Of a stretch of DNA of 64,000 bases, positions 11,865 through 24,990 are shown in pieces. The stretch is taken from assembly GCF_000002865.3 (NCBI RefSeq), contig NW_001865090.1:1-64000 (forward strand). The letters are read 5' to 3'. Both the position numbers and the translations under genes were made by a program. This stretch comes from Monosiga brevicollis MX1 (lineage: Eukaryota). Within the stretch, counting starts at the first letter, position 1. Each line of letters starts with the position of its first letter. Under the pieces are notes generated by a model. The model was given only the letters and a program-made list of their open reading frames with translations, searched no databases and had not been told where the DNA came from.

Positions 11865-12704
11865 ATGGCGGCCGAGGTGAAACAGTCACTGCTCGCAGAG
11901 CTTCTTGCACGATCCGGCAGCACGGATGAGATCCAGTGTCGCGCCATTCTCGAGGCGTGCGCCTATGATGTCGAGGTATGTGGAGCTAAAGCAGACGAGG
12001 AAAGAACAAAAAAGACCCCGGGGCAATGCAAAGTCGGCGGCAGGCCATGTTGTTTTCCTCCACTCGGTTGATGATGTTGTTGTGGTCGGGTTGATGCTTT
12101 AGGCTGCCTTGGGGTTGTTTCGAGAGAACCAGGCCGTGGTGGCAGAGCGTTCAGCTCTTGAGGTGAGGCTTGCTGAGCGCATGGTGAAGATTTTCTCGTC
12201 CATGTCACGATCCTACTCAAAGGGTGATGGTCTGCTTCTGAATTGACATCACGCACACAGGTTGTTGTGGTTTTTGAGGAGCAGCGCCTCACCTATCAAT
12301 TGCCGCTCGAGGCTCAGGTCGAAGAGGTTTGCACATACGCGCCCTGCTTCGTCGATGCGCGGTACCATCCTGATTGCAGTTCTACCGCACTTCTTGGGCT
12401 TTGTCTTGGCTTGCTCCCAACGACCACACTAGTTGATGCTCAAAGTTCAACATGATACAAACATCGTGCCCGCCGAGCAAATGCTGGTTCACCCTGTGCT
12501 CGAGGTGGAGCTCGTTCCCGATCAGCCACTGGAGCCTCTCTTCACCGATCCTGTGGTATGTGCCTTGGGGTTATCCTTCCACTCAAACATGCCATGCCAT
12601 GCTTTTCTTTTCTTTTTTTTTCTTTCTTCAACACTTGTGTTCTGATCACTACACCCGAATTGCAGCTAGAACTACAGTTACTGACCCCCAACTCGGCAGC
12701 ATAA
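11865..12704 (+). CDS. Small (about 132 aa) UBA-like + ubiquitin-like protein resembling the FAF1 N-terminus; 5 exons
   Basis: Five phase-0 GT-AG exons: MAAEVKQSLLAELLARSGSTDEIQCRAILEACAYDVE|AALGLF (UBA-like) and VVVVFEEQRLTYQLPLEAQVEE|LMLKVQHDTNIVPAEQML (UBL-like). Stop TAA at 12702-12704. Confidence 0.65.
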
Positions 12705-13018
12705 ACAATCTCCGACTTTTCAACCTGCACAATCCGGAATTTGAGCCCGTCATCTGCCAATGACTGCTGTGGCCGCCCTCTCTGCTTGGCACCTTTCTTT
12801 GCGTGTTCGCCTTCTGTGCTAGAGTGCTTCTTCTTCTTCTTCTTCTTTTTTGAAACTGATAATTGAACCTTTGATTCCTGGTGGTCTGCGCCGAGAGAAC
12901 TAGTCGACTGATCAACCAGCACCGCATGTGTCTGCGGAGCAAGCACACCATGTCGCTTTACACCCTACGCCACACCTTCAAGCCTGATACACAGAGGCCA
13001 TCGTCGCATGCAGATTGT

Positions 13019-16000
13019 TTAGTTGCGCTTGAGCAGATGGATCAGAGACTTTAGACTCAACAGCACGGTGCCCGCCTAAAGCACGGCACAAAAGAGCAAC
13101 AATACCAATGAGTGGTCAAGCAGTCGTGCCCTCAGCGCACCGCAGCGTGCCGCCCCTGAAAGGTTTGGTGGCAATTCGGACGCATAGAGTCCACAGGTGC
13201 ACCGGTACCTATCTGACCTGATCAATGTTACCCATGTTGATAACGTGGGAATGCATCTGAAGAGCCTGATCCAGCTGATTGGCAGCCAGATAATGGCTCA
13301 GGTGGCTAATACCCTCGACCACGTCGGGGGCAATGGCACCCTCAGCCACTTGGCGATAGAATGCACCCAGCTTGCCTCGAATGTCATCGCTCTTGCGCTT
13401 CTGCTTAGGCTGAAGGCGGCCCAGTGCGCTTTCAAGGTTGGTCTACCATCGTCAACACAGCGCAAGACGTGTGAGTTGACAAATCAAAGAGTAGGCAGAG
13501 CAGACAATCACTAGCCAGCAAGACCACACGCAGCATGTTTCCCCTTCACACGCACCTGCATGGGTCGGTAGGCTTCTGGTAGCTCGACGGGTGCGTCATT
13601 GGCCTCGGGTGCAGCCCCGGTGGCGCCCGGCGACGCGCCGTCCCCGCTGATGGCACTGAAAGTCCCCGCAGAGCTGGGCGTGTCCATTGAATAATCTGGC
13701 TGCAAAAATGGTGAGCTCACTGCACCCGGACCTGGCGCTGCCGCTGGAGCAGCGGCCGGCACGGGCATCGTACTGGACAATGCGGGTCCGGTCGGCTTGC
13801 GCCGACGACTGGAGAGGTTCATGGGTGGGTCGTTCCAGCCTCGCAGCGAGTTGCGTTCTTGTTGGGACACGGGTCCAAGCTTAAGACTCGCCTGACCGTC
13901 GACTGGTGGCGCACCACCGTTGGCCATAGGGCGTTGAGGTGAGTCGAGCGGCACCTCCTGCATGCCATTGTTTCCGACTTCTGCCATGGCCGATAGACCG
14001 GACACCTCATTCACGGCTGGATTGGGCGTTTCAGGCTCCATAGGGGCGGATAGCGAGACAGCGCTCTCAGGGCGTGAAGGCTCGGGGACCGGGCCGGTGG
14101 TCTCCAGGGCAGGTACACTTGAATCTTCGTGTACGGGCACCACTGGTGCAGGACTTGGGTCCATTGATGCGCTGCTGCCATCCGCAGCCGCATACAGGGG
14201 TGGGGCGACGGCAGTGTTCTGAGTCCTCGGGGCCTCGGCTGTTGTGGCAAAAAAACTGTTGGCAAAGGGAGTTGAGGGTGGTGCGGCAGCTGCCACTCCG
14301 GTGGACACGGTCCCCGTAGGCGTGGACACGCCAAAGCCTGCACACAAACAAGATACCATACAAGGACGCAAGCGTGTGACGAGAAGTGCATCTGCTCCAA
14401 TGCCAATCCGAGTGCTAGTCCAGAAGCTGGACAGCGTGAGGGAAACGGGGAAAGGGCTTACCGCCGTTTGTGGGGGCATTCTCTGGCGTTGCTGTGGGCG
14501 GCCCGGAAGCTGCGCCATGCGTGGGCGAAAACGGGTTGTAGGCGGAGGGAGTCCATGGCATGTTGCCCGTGGTCTGCACGCCAGGGGCGGATGATGCCAT
14601 GGGCTCGCTGGCGCTTTCACCCCCCGCCAGAATCGCTGCGGCCGAGTCAGCAGCACGAGAAAAGAAGCTGGATACCGAGGCCAAAGAGCTGCCCGTTGGT
14701 GGCTCGGGCGTCGAGGTAGTGGGGGCGTAGGCCGAACCAAACAAAGGCGGCGCACTGTTATCCAAGGCAACAGCTGCGCCGCCGTCCATGGGCATGCTAG
14801 AGGCGGCAGAGTAACCCACGTTGTAAAAGGTGGGCGGAGCGGACTTGCCCGAAGACTGGACAGTTGGGGGAGCACTCGCGGGCGGGGCCGACAGGAAACC
14901 GTTGGTCGTGGCAGGGACCGTTGGTTGGGCCTGCTCTGCGGCTTGGGCAGCGGCCTGGCGAGCCGCCATCACCGGGGCTGGTGCCGACGCCGAGGAGCTG
15001 GCGAAGGAGCGCATTGAGGTGGGGGAGCCCGCTTCACGTCGAGCCAAGGAAGTGCCAGCAATGTACAACGGAGGTGCACTGTTATCGGTCGCATCCGGAA
15101 CAGTGACGGGCTCTCCGTTGTCCTCGTTGATGGTGGGGATGGGACTTGCTTCCGGTGCCACGTTGCTGTCTGCCATGGGCATGGGCTGCTGATACTGATA
15201 AGGTGAAGATTGATACTGCTGGTATTGTTGTTGTTGTTGTTGTTGTTGGTATTGTTCTTGTTGTTGCTGCTGCTCCTGCTGTTGTTGCTGCTGTCCTGGT
15301 TGTGATGAATAGTAAGACGGATGCTGCTGTGACGCCTCTTGGTGGTACGCGGGGTAATAGTCGACGGTATTCTCTTGATGGGCGACGACTGGTGTGGGGG
15401 GCAGAGCTGGGGGTGTAACGCGCTCACGCATGTCAAGCTTGTAAAAGTCAGACTCTTCCAGCAGCTCTTTCAGAACGTGAGGATCTGTAGGAAACTCAAA
15501 ATTGTCCTAGCAAGGGATCAGTCCATTGGTGCAGCGATGAGACAGGAAGGAGCAAGACCGTCCCTATCCACGAGCCCTTTGCTGGGAACTGGCGTACCGG
15601 GTTTCGCAAAAAGTTGAGGATGAGGTGGAAGTGGCGCCCGTCGCGATCAATGAAATAGCTGCCATCTTCATCCTAACGTCATCGGGCATGGCTTGTGAGT
15701 GATTGTGATGGTGTGTGCCGGATACTATCGACCATGCAACCATGGCCTTGTCGCAGGCACTCAACAAGCCACAAGCCGCGCGCCAAGATCAAGGCCAACC
15801 TGCTCAAGCTCATAGTTGCCGCTGAACATGGCTGACAGGTAAGAATCCGGCACTGAAGTTAGAGTGCTGCGGGCAGTGCTAAATGTTTGGCCACCCACGT
15901 CCAGTTTGATCTGAGTGGCCAGAGGTGAACGGTCACAGAGGAAAGGAGGGTCGATCAGTGAGTCTGCCGTGCTTGAGCCTAGGGTTTGTTATTTGTGTGA

Positions 16001-16692
16001 GGGCCAAGGCGTATTCGAACCTTTTGCTTCTGAAACGTGTGGGCATTGGCCATGGCAGCCTTTTCGTCTTCAAAGGCCTGGCGCTCACTCGCCAGCGCCT
16101 CACGGGCTGCCTCTAGCTCCTCCTCCTGCACGCAACAGATCAGATGCAGCGCGGCAACGCAGCGTCAGTCATAGCCATCTGTGGTTTGTGGATGCCAGAC
16201 GGCTCGACTCGATCGGAGGCAAGGCTGGGATAAAAGGCCCTACCGACTCGGCACGGCGGCGGGCAATCTCCGACTCGAGGTCAGCAGCCCGATCATCAAG
16301 CTCCTGCTGCAGCTTTTCAAGCTGGATTTGAAGTCAAAGGGGGCGGGGCAGGGTGGATAGATATCAGTCGAGACGGGCAGCTGGGGAGTGCTGCTTCGCA
16401 ACTCGACAAGGGATACAAAGAAGGCTTGCCCGTGTTGGCAATCGCCGACATTTTCGCTGCTGCTGGAAGGACTGGTTCGGCTCACCGTTTCATGCCGCAG
16501 CTGCAAAGCGTTGACGAGGACCTCGACTTCGTTCTGGATCGAAGTGGTGGCATTGCTGACCAGGTGTGTGAGGTCTGCCGCCGAGATGCCTTCACGAGCG
16601 GTTTCATTCATTGACTGCTGATCGGCGCCCGAATCTTCGACGCCAGCCTGGTCCGGCTCGGCAACCGGCGCCTCTTCTTCGTGGCTCGCCAT
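13019..16692 (-). CDS. Coiled coil + KCTD-type BTB/POZ + Pro/Gln/Tyr-rich linker + Sec31 C-terminal/SRA1 domain protein
   Basis: BTB: IKLDVGGQTFSTARSTL..PDSYLSAMFSG|DEDGSYFIDRDGRHFHLILNFLR. GWNDPP motif. C-terminal KRKSDDIRGKLGAFY...VVEGISHLSHYLAANQLDQALQMHSHVI|..LKSLIHLL resembles the Sec31/SRA1 helical domain. The BTB exon reads in frame into the low-complexity exon. Confidence 0.8.
15225..15292 (-). repeat. CAG/CAA tract encoding poly-Gln within the BTB-SRA1 gene
   Basis: QQQQQQEQQQQQEQYQQQQQQQQ in ORF 14415..15431. Confidence 0.9.
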
Positions 16693-17132
16693 GACGCGCG
16701 CGTGCTCACTGCGGCAGATCAAGGCGGACAAGGATGAGAGGTGGTCCGTCGGACCGAAAAATAAAGCCGAGGCCGCTGACACGATCCCGCCTCAGGCCCT
16801 GATCCCACAACCTGCTCTGCAAGCTAGCAACCTGGTAAATGCTCAACTCAATCCGCTTCCCTGACGACCAGCACCTGGGGCTGCGAGCGGACGGACAGCC
16901 TCCATCAACTGTTTGCCACGTCCTCACCACAACCCCCCGCGACGACAACGCTGCAATTCCAGCTACTTCCTGCCACCTCAGACGAGCCACAGACCCCTCC
17001 CCTCCCCTCCCCGTCTCCTTCGCTCCGCCGACATACCGACATGCCCCTCCCCCATCCCAACAACGGCCAGCACCGCCCTCACCACTGACTGTCCCCGAGA
17101 ACGGATTCCGTACCTCTCGATCCACTGCCGCT

Positions 17133-17166
<34 letters not shown>

Positions 17167-17937
17167 TATGCCAGAGAAGAGGGGTGCAGCCAGGCAACGG
17201 GCAGAGAGAGGTCAAGGCTGGAGAGGCGAAGATGGGGAGATGCAGCGGTAATTCCAAGCGAACCAGAGATGAGAGCGTTCAAGGACTTGAATGGCAGAGA
17301 TAATGGCGGTCTTTGGTACAAGGGCACAGCGCGTATTGTAGCTCGAGTCTAACGCATATCACACTTTGAGTAAAGATGACAACGAACGCTACCAACTGTC
17401 ACTCTCCTCTAACCCGACCTCAGCTGGTCGTCGGCTCGAAAAAGGGCTATTACCCTATCGACAAAAACATCCGCCAAACGCATACAAAAAGTTGGATTTA
17501 CGGCTTGCAAGCCAAGTGTAGCTGACGTTAGACTCGAGGGCAGAGACTTGGACTTTCCTCTGTTGGCGGCTTTCACGTGGGTGACTGACGACCTGATTCG
17601 CGCGCGCGCAGAGTGAGTGAGAGGGAGACTGGCCGCGCTGCTCCGTCTTCCGAGGGAAGAAGCCTTGGCTGGAGGCGGGGTTGTCTGTCTGGTGATTTGA
17701 GCCAAATGTGTGCTTGTTCAAGATGGCGTCGATCGGGACCTTTTGGCTTTTTTTTCTTTATTTGTGGGCAAGGCGGCGCGCGCGCGTGAAAGAAGGAGAG
17801 AGAGCGAGCGAGCGATGACCTGGCTCGGATCATCATGGGACGACGGCAGAGCGCAAACAGCACGATCCATTTCTCATGCGGTCGCGTTCCGGGCTTTGCA
17901 GGTCTTGTTCTGTAGCTTTAGCAACACACCAATCAAG

Positions 17938-19805
17938 ATGAAGCCTCTGATGATCAAGGGTCACACCCGACCTCTGACCAAGGTCTTTTACAACCGCGAA
18001 GGTTTGTCATGACCGAACTGGCGTGTGGCCTTGGACTTTGGAGCTCCTCGCAGGGGCCGCCCAAGCTGCATTGAGCTCCTGATCTATCATGTCGCGATGT
18101 ATGCAAGCGTGAGTCGGTCCATTTTTTCATCTCAACACCACTCTCGCCCGGTCTGCAGGTGACCTCTTGTTCTCAACCTCCAAGGACAAGGTCCCCAGCG
18201 TCTGGTACTCGCACAATGGTGAGCTGCTCATCTTTAGCCTTGGCGCGCCCCAACTGCTGATTCTATTGGACTTGCCTGCCACCTTGTAACCTGTCCCATA
18301 CGCTCATGTGATCTCGTCGCCAATCACCAGGCGAGCGTCTGGGTACATTTGCCGGTGAGCACATGCACAACGGTACCGTGTGGACCGGTGATGTCGACTA
18401 CACGAGCAAGTATCTCGTTACGGGCTCTGCTGATAACAGCATGAAGCTTTGGGACGTCGAAACCGGTATGCATCCTGCTTCACGTTCAATGGCGTGATCC
18501 CATATCCAACAGGACAGGTCATACATGGGATCCCGGTGGTCATGAATCATCTGCAGCAATCCTGAATCAAACCGGTGGTGGTCCATCGATGTGCTCATAC
18601 ATGCGTTTGACATGCCTCGTCGTGCAAATGCACACCATGCCCCCAGGCAACCACCTCTGCACTATCACGGAGAACTCGCCCATCCGTACCGCACACTTTA
18701 GCTATGATGGCAAGCGCATTCTTTACTCGACCGATAACATTATGGGCCAGCCCTGCTTGGTCAAGACGATTGATGTGTCCCGTATGCTCCAAGAGGGCAG
18801 CGCTGCTGAAGCCGTTCTCTCTTTTGATCACGGCAGCAAGGTCAGTGTCACATGTCTCCTGGTGTTTGCCCACTTTGTGACCCCGCAATGCCAACACGTA
18901 ACTTTCCTGGGGGCGTCTGCCTCGACATTCTGGCCTCGTGAGTCACAGCATATGTCCCGCTGACCGGTTTCTTGTTTGTTGATCGCGGTGCAGGCCACGT
19001 GCTCCCAGTGGGGTCTGTGCGACGAGACCATTGTCACTGCTGATGACAAGGGTTACCTGCGCCGCTTCTCCGCGACGGTAAGCGCGGTCGAACTGTCCAT
19101 GCACGACGACTCCCACCTGCACGCATCAGCTCGCGTCGCCTCTCCAGCTCGGCGTGTGCCCCCCTCATTTCTTCTCGACAACAATGTCATTCACATTTCA
19201 CATGCATACATAGACTGGCGATATGATTGGTGACGCCTTGCAGGCTCACTCGGCCGCCATCTCGGACATGCAATATGGCAAGGATTTGTCCACCCTGATC
19301 ACCGCGTCCAAGGATGAATCATCCAAGCTGTATGACGCTGATTCTCTGCAGCTGCTCAAGATTTACGAGGCGGCTCGCCCCATCAACTCTGCTTGCGTCA
19401 GCCCCATTCGCGACCACGTCATTCTCGGTGGTGGTCAGGAGGCTCGTGATGTGACCACTACCCACGGCAAGCAGGGCAAGTTCGATGCCCTCTTTTTCCA
19501 CATGGTATGTTGAGCGAAGCAAGCAGACCTTGGGCGTGCGCTGTACTCGTTCACACCCGTGTTGCTCTATGCACTTGTTGTGTCACTGATTTGCTCATCC
19601 GACTGATTATGGTTCACCTTGCCTGGCGCGCCATTTCCCAAAGATCTTTGAGGAGGAGATGGGTTCCATCAAGGGCCATTTCGGTCCCATCAACACGTTG
19701 GCCTTCCACCCTGAGGGTACCGGCTACACCTCTGGTGGTGAGGATGGTTACATCCGCGTGCATCAGTTTGATGACTCGTACTTTGAGTTTGCTTATGAGA
19801 CATAA
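17938..19805 (+). CDS. EIF3I: Eukaryotic translation initiation factor 3 subunit I (TIF34), WD40; multi-exon
   Basis: [51 protein letters not shown] and [38 protein letters not shown] are diagnostic. Confidence 0.97.
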
Positions 19806-20527
19806 AGCGGCACAGTCGCCCTGTATGGTGCCTCCTCAATCAAGAGGTGTCTTGGGAATGGGATGATGTATCCTCTGCTTCTTCTTCTTCTTCTTCATCG
19901 TGCCTCTCCTTTTTCATTTTTGGTTTGTCCTCGTTTGGGTTTCTCCTTCTGTACTTGTCACCGGGGCATGCGTGCAGTTTGTGCCCTCTTCCTGTTTTGC
20001 GTTGCCGTGCCCCCCGATGTCCTCCTGCCTCCCTGCCCCCTCTTTTTTTACTCTTGCCCTTTCCTTTGTTGTTGTTACCCACGCCCCTTATCCTGTTGAA
20101 CAAAACAAACGCACAATGACGTGCGCCGCTTCGCCAAGCGGAGCATTCAGCTGGCTAGGACCTGCTTTTTTGGTGTTACTTTCATGCTTGCTCTAAAATT
20201 GACCGCTAGTCTTGATGCCTTCTTGTACACGTGTCGCTGTGAAGAATCACGTCCTTCTCGCGGCTAGACCGTCAAAGTGGGTGGTTCACAACCCTGCATG
20301 TCGACTGCAAAGCTTATCAATGATAGACTCGGAAGATGGAAAACCGACTCGGAACTCTTGACTCTGGTTGGAATGGATTGACAACGTGCTACAGAAACAA
20401 AAATTTAATGAAGAAGAAGAACATCAACAACAGGGTGGCTTGTAAATAAAGGGAGGGTACTTTACATGTCCACGCTTCATGGCGCTAGACGATCGTCCGC
20501 AAAAACATCGCGGAGGTTTACGCCCGC

Positions 20528-21396
20528 TCACAGACCCAAGAGGGCCGAAGGCATGAGTTCTTGACAACCCGTTTCTCCGGCATCAACGTCACAGGGCACA
20601 AAGGCCTCGCAGCGGTCGCGCGATTCGAGCGGATTGCAGGGCAGCAGGTTAAACGTGTTATTGAGAAGACAGGTCTCGACCTGGAACATGCCCGGCAGGC
20701 CTCGCTTGCCCTTGTTGAGCTCAGCGGTCGTGAGTTGCGAAGCCGTCTCCTGCATGATCCTGCCCCAATCCAAGAAGCACGTGTTTTGATGCCGATTGTG
20801 GCGGATCAAAAACAAGCGTCGGACGAATACATGTGAGCGGCGGCAGCAGACGGTTGTGATGCTGAAGACACGGGGAGGGTGGAGTCACGTACTTGAACCC
20901 ATTGCCACCGCTGGCCTGCGTGAAGTAATCACCCATGAGGCATTGGCATGGCTTGATCTTGAGGCAGCGCAGGCGGCCTTCAAAATCATTGCAGTCGAAC
21001 GCCTGCGGCGGGCAAAGAGGTCAGGCATGTGACAACGGCGAGTGAATGGGGGAGAATGAGCAGCTGCTGCTGTTGGCCACGTACCGTGAAGCAAGTTTTG
21101 CTGCCTTGGTCGTCGCATTCAAAAGCGCGGTAGCCTCCACGGGTGTCGTTGAGGGGTTGAAAGCTGATGCCTTCGAAATCAGTTTTAAAGGCAAGTCCCG
21201 TATTGGATGCTTGGACTCGAAAACAGCCTGTAAAGTCCGTCTGCATTTTGGCAATCTTACGGAGCAAGTGCTTCTTGTCAACCTCGCTACCCACGACTAA
21301 AGAGGGCGGGTTCTGTGCAGGCGGACGCGTCACGCCCGAGGCAATGGCTAGGGCAACCAAGGCTGCCAAGATCAAAAGGTTGCCGAGGGGCCACAT
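20528..21396 (-). CDS. Putative secreted cysteine-rich protein of unknown function (about 215 aa, 3 exons)
   Basis: Signal-peptide-like MWPLGNLLILAALVALAIA; two gtacgt...cag introns keep the frame; 12 Cys in the mature part. Confidence 0.6.
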
Positions 21397-22393
21397 CTTG
21401 ACGCGCCCAGTAAAGTGACACGGCACGACAGGGTGACAATAACAAGCGCGGCGCCCTGCTTGAGGGTGGGCACAGCAAAGTCGAGGTCCAAACGGCAGTA
21501 CAAAAGCCAGCAAAAACGGAGCTGGATGCGCAGCGGCCGGGTGTACGTCAAGACCAACGGCTATGGGGGAGATCGGGGAACGTGAAAATGAAGATGTGCT
21601 GGAGCTATGCTGCTTCATGGACTTTGCTACCACCAGGCATGGGCGCAACCGTCAACCCTTGCGACAAGAGCATTGCGATGGCTGTGTCTGCTCAGTGTTG
21701 GCTGTGGTGTAGCACGCATGGTCAAAGTTCTTTCATGGGAGGAGTGGGGAGAAGAGTGATTTGGCGGGGCAACCGCGGCGACCGTTGAGAATGGTAGTTG
21801 GTTGATGATGCCCATTGTTTCAACCAGCAGGAGGGCCGGACAAAACCTCTGTCTCAATCAATCACCCAGCCGCAGCGAATTGTGACGGTCAAGCCCAACC
21901 CAGGACCCATTTGCACACACACACACACACACACACAATGGCGGATACCCATGAACTGCCCTGTGATGAAGCGATCGCTGCGAAGGGTTGCACGGCACCG
22001 CCCCTCATCGCCATGACGATGCCCATCGTTCCACAGCAACGCCCCGCCTCTCTCACTCTCTCACTCTCTCTCTCTCTCACATTCAAAATACGCGAAAGAG
22101 AAAATGTCAGCAAAAAGGATCTTGCAGTGACAAGAAAGGCTTGCTTGGTGGCATGATGTAAAGGGGGTCGGACGACATTGCTCGCAGTGTGAGGCTGTGC
22201 GCAAGTGGAGGATTACAAGTCACAGATGCGCTCTCAAGTTCAAGGGGGTTGAATTAGAACGAGTCAGTCAAAGGTATGTACAAGAAAAAAAAAAGAAAAA
22301 AAAGGAAAGGGGAGGGACAGCAGCCAAACACGAGAGAACCGAGCATCAAGCGCAAAAGAGTATGCATATTGCATTCTGCATGTATGGACAGTC

Positions 22394-24695
22394 TCAAGCG
22401 ACTGAGCCAAGAACATGACCACCCGTCGCCAGGTTGTCCATGTCTATGGGCGTTCCCAACATGAATTGTGCGTTTGGCAAAAAATGGTGCTGGTAGTACT
22501 GAATAAGCTCCTCCTGAACATGGACGCGCAGAAGTTGGGTACGCATGAGCTGGGGTGGTGCAATGGGCATCATGTTTCGGGCAGCCAACCAAGCACAGAC
22601 CCTCGGCACGCACCGGATCGGCAAAGTAGCGTGCATCGTCGCCGCCTAGCGTGTAGGCGGAGGTCTTGAAAATCTTGTAGTGGCGCACTGAGCTCTTGAG
22701 GCGCACGCTTAGCACCTGGGCCAAAAACAACAGCCAAACGTTGAGATGGGTGAGCCTTTTCACTTGATGAATAGGCCCACGATCCACTGTGATGTTGCCG
22801 CAAGAACGAACTAGAGGCGAATCAGCGTCGCGCTGGCGAACAAGGAAAGACCCGTCCTGGTAGACCAGCAGATTGGCTTGTGACCGTGTCATGCCTATTG
22901 CATATGACCGAGGGCATCGTATTGGTGAGGGTTAGTTCATATGAGCATATCGGACAGCAGAGACATTAAATTAACATGCAAGTGCCTTCACAAGCAAGCA
23001 CGTACCGCTCACAAAGTACGAGCATTGTGCCAATGGATGACTTTTGTTCGAAGTCTGTGTTGCAGTCCCCCGCCCCAGGTCATGGACCCCCTCTCCCGTG
23101 AGCGAAGATTGGGGGCATACATGCACGAGCTACGTTTGGACACACAAGGCACGGGCCCAGCAAGAAACGAACCGGCGGCGCTTTGGGTGCAGGCTTGGCT
23201 TGGCGGTTGATAGCGGGTGGCGGGCCGGACGTGTCTGTTGGGAGGCGAGCTGCTGGGCGGCTGGTAGGCAAAGGCGTGGCCAGAAGGGCTTCCAAATCCA
23301 AAGCAGAGGGCTCATCTTTGGAGGTCTGAGGTGCGGCAAACCGATCGAGCGGCGGGGCATGCTGGCGAGGTGGCAAACTGCGTCGAGCAAGGCCTTACTT
23401 AGCTCAGGTGGTGCGACGAATGAAGCAAAATGGACCGTGGTATATGACAAGCTGTGCGTACCGCGGTTCAGTGGCTGTACGGGCTTTGCCCCGCTCATCG
23501 GGGCGGATGAAATCGTCGTATGGGTCGTCGTAGCCCTGAGCAGGCATGGTGGGCAGAGCAGGTGGCGGGCAGAACAAGTGGTGAGCATGTGTCAACAGGT
23601 CAAGGTGTGCTGGCATCAATGCGAAAAGGGCCTACGTCAGAGGCATCTGAATCCGACTGTTCTTCGTCGTTGTCGATGTACTGGGAGAGGGCGCGCATCT
23701 TTCCGGAGCGAGCAAGGGGATCAATCACTCGCTGTGAGGCCCAGGACTTGATGGCGTCTCGAAACCGCTGCTCGTTGAGGGGGGACATGAAAGAAGCCGT
23801 GAGGGAGGTCATGGTGGCTCTGGCAGTGGGTGCTAAACGGGCAGTGGATCAGGACATGGGGCCAGACCTGGGACCAAGCTGGAAGATCATTGTGCGCCAG
23901 GGCCTCGAAGACCCACACGCGATCCTGCTTGCCGCGCTCCAACTACAATCGGTTGACATATGGTTAAGGAGGGGTTTGGGGAGGGGGCCATATCGGTGTC
24001 GGCGGAAACCCATGGAGTTGGACGGTGAGATCTTGGACAAATTTGTTCAAGGCAGGGTGCATTGGGAACATTACAGCAAAGGGGAGCGAGGTGGAAGGCA
24101 AATTAGGGAAAGAACAACGCAGGACTCACACGCAATTCCAGTGTTTCCGTGTTTGTCGTCAAACTGGTGGCATGCGGCGGCGGCGGTTCGGCACGGTCAT
24201 GCAGGATTGTGAGGGCTGGCCACAAGGCGCGGTGGGGAACAAGGGGGCTTGCAACCACTTTATGGCGGCGACACATTGCATTCTGTCGGGGAGAGCGGGC
24301 CACCTACGTGTAGTTACGTAGACTAAAGAGGCCTTTAGGAGCACTCGCTTCGCTGGTCGTGTAGTAGTAGCAGTGTCCTTCATACAACACCACCCAGCGC
24401 AGCTTGACTGTGATGGGGTAGGAAGAAAAGAGGTGTGCGCAGTGAGAGGCAGGGCTGATGAATCAGTTTCAAGCGTGGGACAGACCAAGGGGCCCCGAGG
24501 AGGAGTGGGGTGGGGGATCGCAGCAGGGCACATGGACGTACGGGCTCGGCGATGCTCGCCGCGCTTTCTGAGATAGCCGCAAAGAGCCCCATCGGTGTGT
24601 GCAAACTCGGAGGCCCGGCGCTTGGGAAAGGCTTGCAGTCTGTCGTCGCTCGCGCCGTTTGCTGATAGCAAAGGAGTTGCGGAAGCCTCGGCCAT
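22394..24695 (-). CDS. PH + Pro-rich + SH2 adaptor (SH3BP2/3BP2-like architecture); multi-exon
   Basis: PH: GYLRKRG..LRWVVLYEGHCYYY..PKGLFSL. SH2: MTRSQA..QDGSFLVRQR|VLSVRLKSSVRHYKI|EELIQYYQHH. Tyr motifs YDDPYDDF and RYAQL lie between them. Confidence 0.82.
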
Positions 24696-24754
24696 GCTTT
24701 AAATGCCGGCTGCTGATCTCCCGAGACGACCAACGACGAGCACGCGCGTGGCGA

Positions 24755-24755
24755 G

Positions 24756-24803
<48 letters not shown>

Positions 24804-24990
24804 GAGATGATCCTCGAGGTTGGAGCCAAAGCACGAGTTGTTTGCAAGACAAGGAGAGAGAGGGAAAAGGAGAGAGAGAGAGAGGGAAAGGAGAGAGGCA
24901 GAGAGGGAGCAGGGGGAAGAGGCAGAGAGGGAGCAGAGAGGGAGCAGAGAGGGAGCAGGGGGGAGCAGGGGGACGAGGCAGAGAGAGGGA
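24755..24990. repeat. (GC)n then (GA)n and GA-rich degenerate repeats
   Basis: Directly visible. Confidence 0.85.

Noticed and set aside
18496..18575. Two adjacent short hairpins in an eIF3i intron as a possible snoRNA
   Set aside because: No convincing H (ANANNA) hinge or C box; it would need an Infernal/snoRNA scan.
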